Of a stretch of DNA of 47,282 nucleotides, positions 44,848-47,282 are shown in pieces. The translations under genes and the position numbers were made by a program. Below the pieces are notes generated by a model. The model worked only from the letters and a program-made list of their open reading frames with translations. It had not been told where the DNA came from and searched no databases. How positions within the stretch are numbered: the first letter of the stretch is position 1; each line of letters opens with the position of its first letter. The stretch is from a virus (lineage: Duplodnaviria > Caudoviricetes), in IMG/VR virus record IMGVR_UViG_3300010376_000052, positions 1 through 47,282 of that record; one strand, given 5' to 3'.

Positions 44848-45374
44848 GTGAGATCAGTTTCCCAGGGATCGGCCGCGACATACTGCGGAAAGACGTGTTC
44901 ATGCGGATAGCAATCGAGCTGTCTCGCCTCGGCACTTGCCCCCGCAAGGCGGTGGGTGCTATCCTCGTGCGCGACGGTCGCTGCATCGCGTGGGGCTACA
45001 ACGGTGCGCCCGCTGGTCTGCCCCACTGCGAAGACAACAATCACGGTTGGGTGTTACAACCTGAGTACCGCGAGCAATACGAGGATCACGACGCCATCGA
45101 GATAGAGAACACGATGCTCTCCGAGTACGGCTGTCGCAACGCGACTCATGCAGAGGCGAATGCCCTTGCGTTTGCGGCGCGTCAGGGGATCTCTACAGAC
45201 GGTACGACACTGTTTGTGACTGTTGCACCGTGCGACGTATGCAGCAAGTTGCTGATCGCCGCAGGAATCCGTCGCGTTTACTACGAAGAGGAGTACCGCG
45301 ATCCCGCTGGCATCGAGCTACTCAAGCTCGCGGGTATCGGCACCGTCAAGCAGGAGTTCCATGGGGACACCTAG
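44844..45374 (+). CDS. dCMP deaminase
   Basis: TC.RKAVGA, GYNG.P, HAEANA, APCDVC; ATGA coupling. Confidence 0.92.
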   Translation: MSEISFPGIGRDILRKDVFMRIAIELSRLGTCPRKAVGAILVRDGRCIAWGYNGAPAGLPHCEDNNHGWVLQPEYREQYEDHDAIEIENTMLSEYGCRNATHAEANALAFAARQGISTDGTTLFVTVAPCDVCSKLLIAAGIRRVYYEEEYRDPAGIELLKLAGIGTVKQEFHGDT

Positions 45375-45585
45375 TCCAGTAAGGCGAGTCGCATGGTTCC
45401 ACGTCGTGATCGAGTCCTCAGACGAGGACGTAGTCAATCGCTGGCTTGCCACAGTGAACCAGGCGGTAGACGTATTCGCTAGGCAGGCCGCGGACATCTG
45501 CGAGGGCAAGGTCAGAGTGATTGAGGTCGAAGCGCCAGGTCAGTCGATCCCAGTCAATGCGCTCCGCCACAAAGATGACGTATAA
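45361..45585 (+). CDS. Hypothetical protein
   Basis: RBS GGAG; overlaps both neighbours. Confidence 0.55.
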   Translation: MGTPSPVRRVAWFHVVIESSDEDVVNRWLATVNQAVDVFARQAADICEGKVRVIEVEAPGQSIPVNALRHKDDV

Positions 45586-47282
45586 GTCCCCACTCGATCA
45601 CCTGATGGACCACGACTGTGATCGTTGTCCTCTCGCTGAGACCACAGACCGCATCTGTGTGGGTGGATCGGGTAATCCCAAGAACCGCATAATGATCATC
45701 GGGGAGGCGCCGGGTGAGCAAGAAGCCGTCAGTGGGCGTGTTTTCAGTGGACGAGCTGGAACCCTCCTTGACCGGTTACTGGAAGAGGCGGGTCTTGATC
45801 GAGACGAGTGTTATGTTACCAACGTCGTCAAGTGCCGTCCGCCTGACAACCGTCGTCCGGATCGGGTCGAGTTCGAGGCTTGTCGAGTTTACCTCGAGGC
45901 TGAAGCTCGTGCGGTCAAGCCCCGATTCGTACTACTACTTGGGAACGCTGCCCTACAGGCTGTGGCTAGGAAATCTGGCATTACTAAGCAGCGCGGTCTT
46001 CGTCTCAAGTGTAAGGACCCTGTGTGGTCGGGTCGTCAGGTCATGGCTACATTCCATCCAGCGTACATTCTCCGCAATCCGGGGCAGCACTCGACGCTAG
46101 CGGAGGACGTGAAGCGCTTCGCCCGCATGATGCGCGGCGAGTTCCAGGTAGTCCCAGTGAGGAGCAAGTATGTCAATACCGTCGAAGGGGTCAACTGGCT
46201 CACGAGGAAGGTTAGGGCCCTGCCCCCTAAAACTGTGGTCTCCTATGACGTGGAAAACCGAGGAAGACCTTGGGAAGCGGAGTGGGATATCGTATGCCTG
46301 GGTATTTCTTGGGACGGACGTACTACCTACGTGGTTCCCCTTTCTCATCCTGAGTCACCCTTCCGTCGGCGATGGCGAGATGTGGTGTATCACCTCGGTA
46401 AAGCTCTCCAGAGATCCGATCTCAAACTCGTCGGTCAGAATGCGAAACATGACAACCAGCAGCTTGCGGGAGCCAACGTCTTCCTTGAGCACACTTTCGA
46501 CATTATGCTGGCTGCGCACCTTCTCGACGAGAATCGTCCAAAGAATTTGGGGTTCCTCAGCCAAAGTGTACTAGGCGCTGACGTCTACAAAGGCATGGTG
46601 GAACTCAAACCTGACAAGATTATGAAGGAGCCGCTAAGGAAAATCTGCTCATACAACGGCAACGATGTAGGCTACACGCACCAGATATACCCTCGGCTTC
46701 GTGAAGAACTGCTCGCACAACCTCGCCTCACACGCCTGTTTGCCAAACTCATGATGCCAGCCTCACACGTCGTCCAGCAAGTCGAGGCGGCGGGTATGTA
46801 TGTGGATCAGCGGAGGTTGTTCCACAGGATGGCTATCCTACAGGGGGAGATAGACGAGCGCAAGGAGGTGCTTCGTGAAAATCTTCCAAAGGCATGGCGC
46901 GAGGACTTCAACTTCAATTCCCCACAGCAGCTTGGGCGTTGGCTTTTCTCTAAGCGGGGACTGGGACTCTCACCATTGGAGACAACGGCGTCGGGCCGTC
47001 CGTCGACTAAGGAAGCAGTCCTTCTCCACTATCACGATCACCCCGCTATCCAGGCCCTTCTCGAATACAGGACGCTACAGCTCAAATGGATGAACACCTA
47101 CTTGTTACCATGGTCTACGAGATTGGATACTCGAAGCAGGCTCCACACTACCTACAAGCTGTACGGGACAGTGACTGGACGATTGTCTGGCGACCTGCAG
47201 CAGGTACCGAGGGACTCGTTTATACGTGGTGTGATCGGTGCTCCTCCGGGGTGGTTGTTTGTCCAGGCGGACTACTCCCAGA
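45575..47282 (+). CDS. polA: DNA polymerase A, N-terminal part: family-4 uracil-DNA glycosylase + 3'-5' exonuclease (continues at 1-799; about 809 aa in total)
   Basis: Hand translation: CDRCPL, IIGEAPGEQE, TNVVKCRPPDNR, EACR, TFHPAYILRNP; ExoI YDVEN, ExoII QNAKHD, ExoIII YNGND; FNSPQQL, TGRLS. Confidence 0.92.
   Translation, partial: MTYKSPLDHLMDHDCDRCPLAETTDRICVGGSGNPKNRIMIIGEAPGEQEAVSGRVFSGRAGTLLDRLLEEAGLDRDECYVTNVVKCRPPDNRRPDRVEFEACRVYLEAEARAVKPRFVLLLGNAALQAVARKSGITKQRGLRLKCKDPVWSGRQVMATFHPAYILRNPGQHSTLAEDVKRFARMMRGEFQVVPVRSKYVNTVEGVNWLTRKVRALPPKTVVSYDVENRGRPWEAEWDIVCLGISWDGRTTYVVPLSHPESPFRRRWRDVVYHLGKALQRSDLKLVGQNAKHDNQQLAGANVFLEHTFDIMLAAHLLDENRPKNLGFLSQSVLGADVYKGMVELKPDKIMKEPLRKICSYNGNDVGYTHQIYPRLREELLAQPRLTRLFAKLMMPASHVVQQVEAAGMYVDQRRLFHRMAILQGEIDERKEVLRENLPKAWREDFNFNSPQQLGRWLFSKRGLGLSPLETTASGRPSTKEAVLLHYHDHPAIQALLEYRTLQLKWMNTYLLPWSTRLDTRSRLHTTYKLYGTVTGRLSGDLQQVPRDSFIRGVIGAPPGWLFVQADYSQ

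Noticed and set aside
47206-47282. 77-bp terminal direct repeat as a biological DTR
   Set aside because: It falls mid-polymerase and equals a common assembler k-mer, so it is a circularisation artefact

Overview
The window is a complete, circularly assembled dsDNA phage genome: bases 1-77 repeat exactly at 47206-47282, giving a unit length of about 47,205 bp, and the DNA polymerase gene runs across the join. The gene content is podovirus-like, with portal, scaffold, capsid, adaptor/nozzle, two paralogous fibres and three probable ejection proteins, but no tape measure or tail tube. I found no integrase, so it is probably lytic. High GC, leaderless-type promoters, an Rpf-like transglycosylase and an amidase_2 lysin point to an actinobacterial host, possibly Thermoleophilia/Gaiellales (inference). 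Layout: replication/recombination genes (+, 1-4766); virion, lysis and packaging genes (-, 4994-28205, with the probable terminase small subunit displaced to 29425-29955); an early region of small genes with sigma70-like promoters (+, 28320-35930); a primase-helicase block (-, 35774-38849); and a helicase, nucleotide-metabolism and polymerase block (+, 39056-end). The strongest leads are: (1) an operon with two tandem, divergent thymidylate-synthase-fold genes, both with the cytosine-type Asp, plus a dNMP kinase, MazG, dCMP deaminase and a UDG-fused PolA, a candidate undescribed base-modification pathway; (2) an early region punctuated by a 38-bp repeat, with twin HTH paralogs of opposite word usage and strong strand-specific AGC/AGT avoidance; (3) a stand-alone, apparently secreted Rpf-like enzyme. 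All product calls come from motif recognition by eye; no database searches were run.
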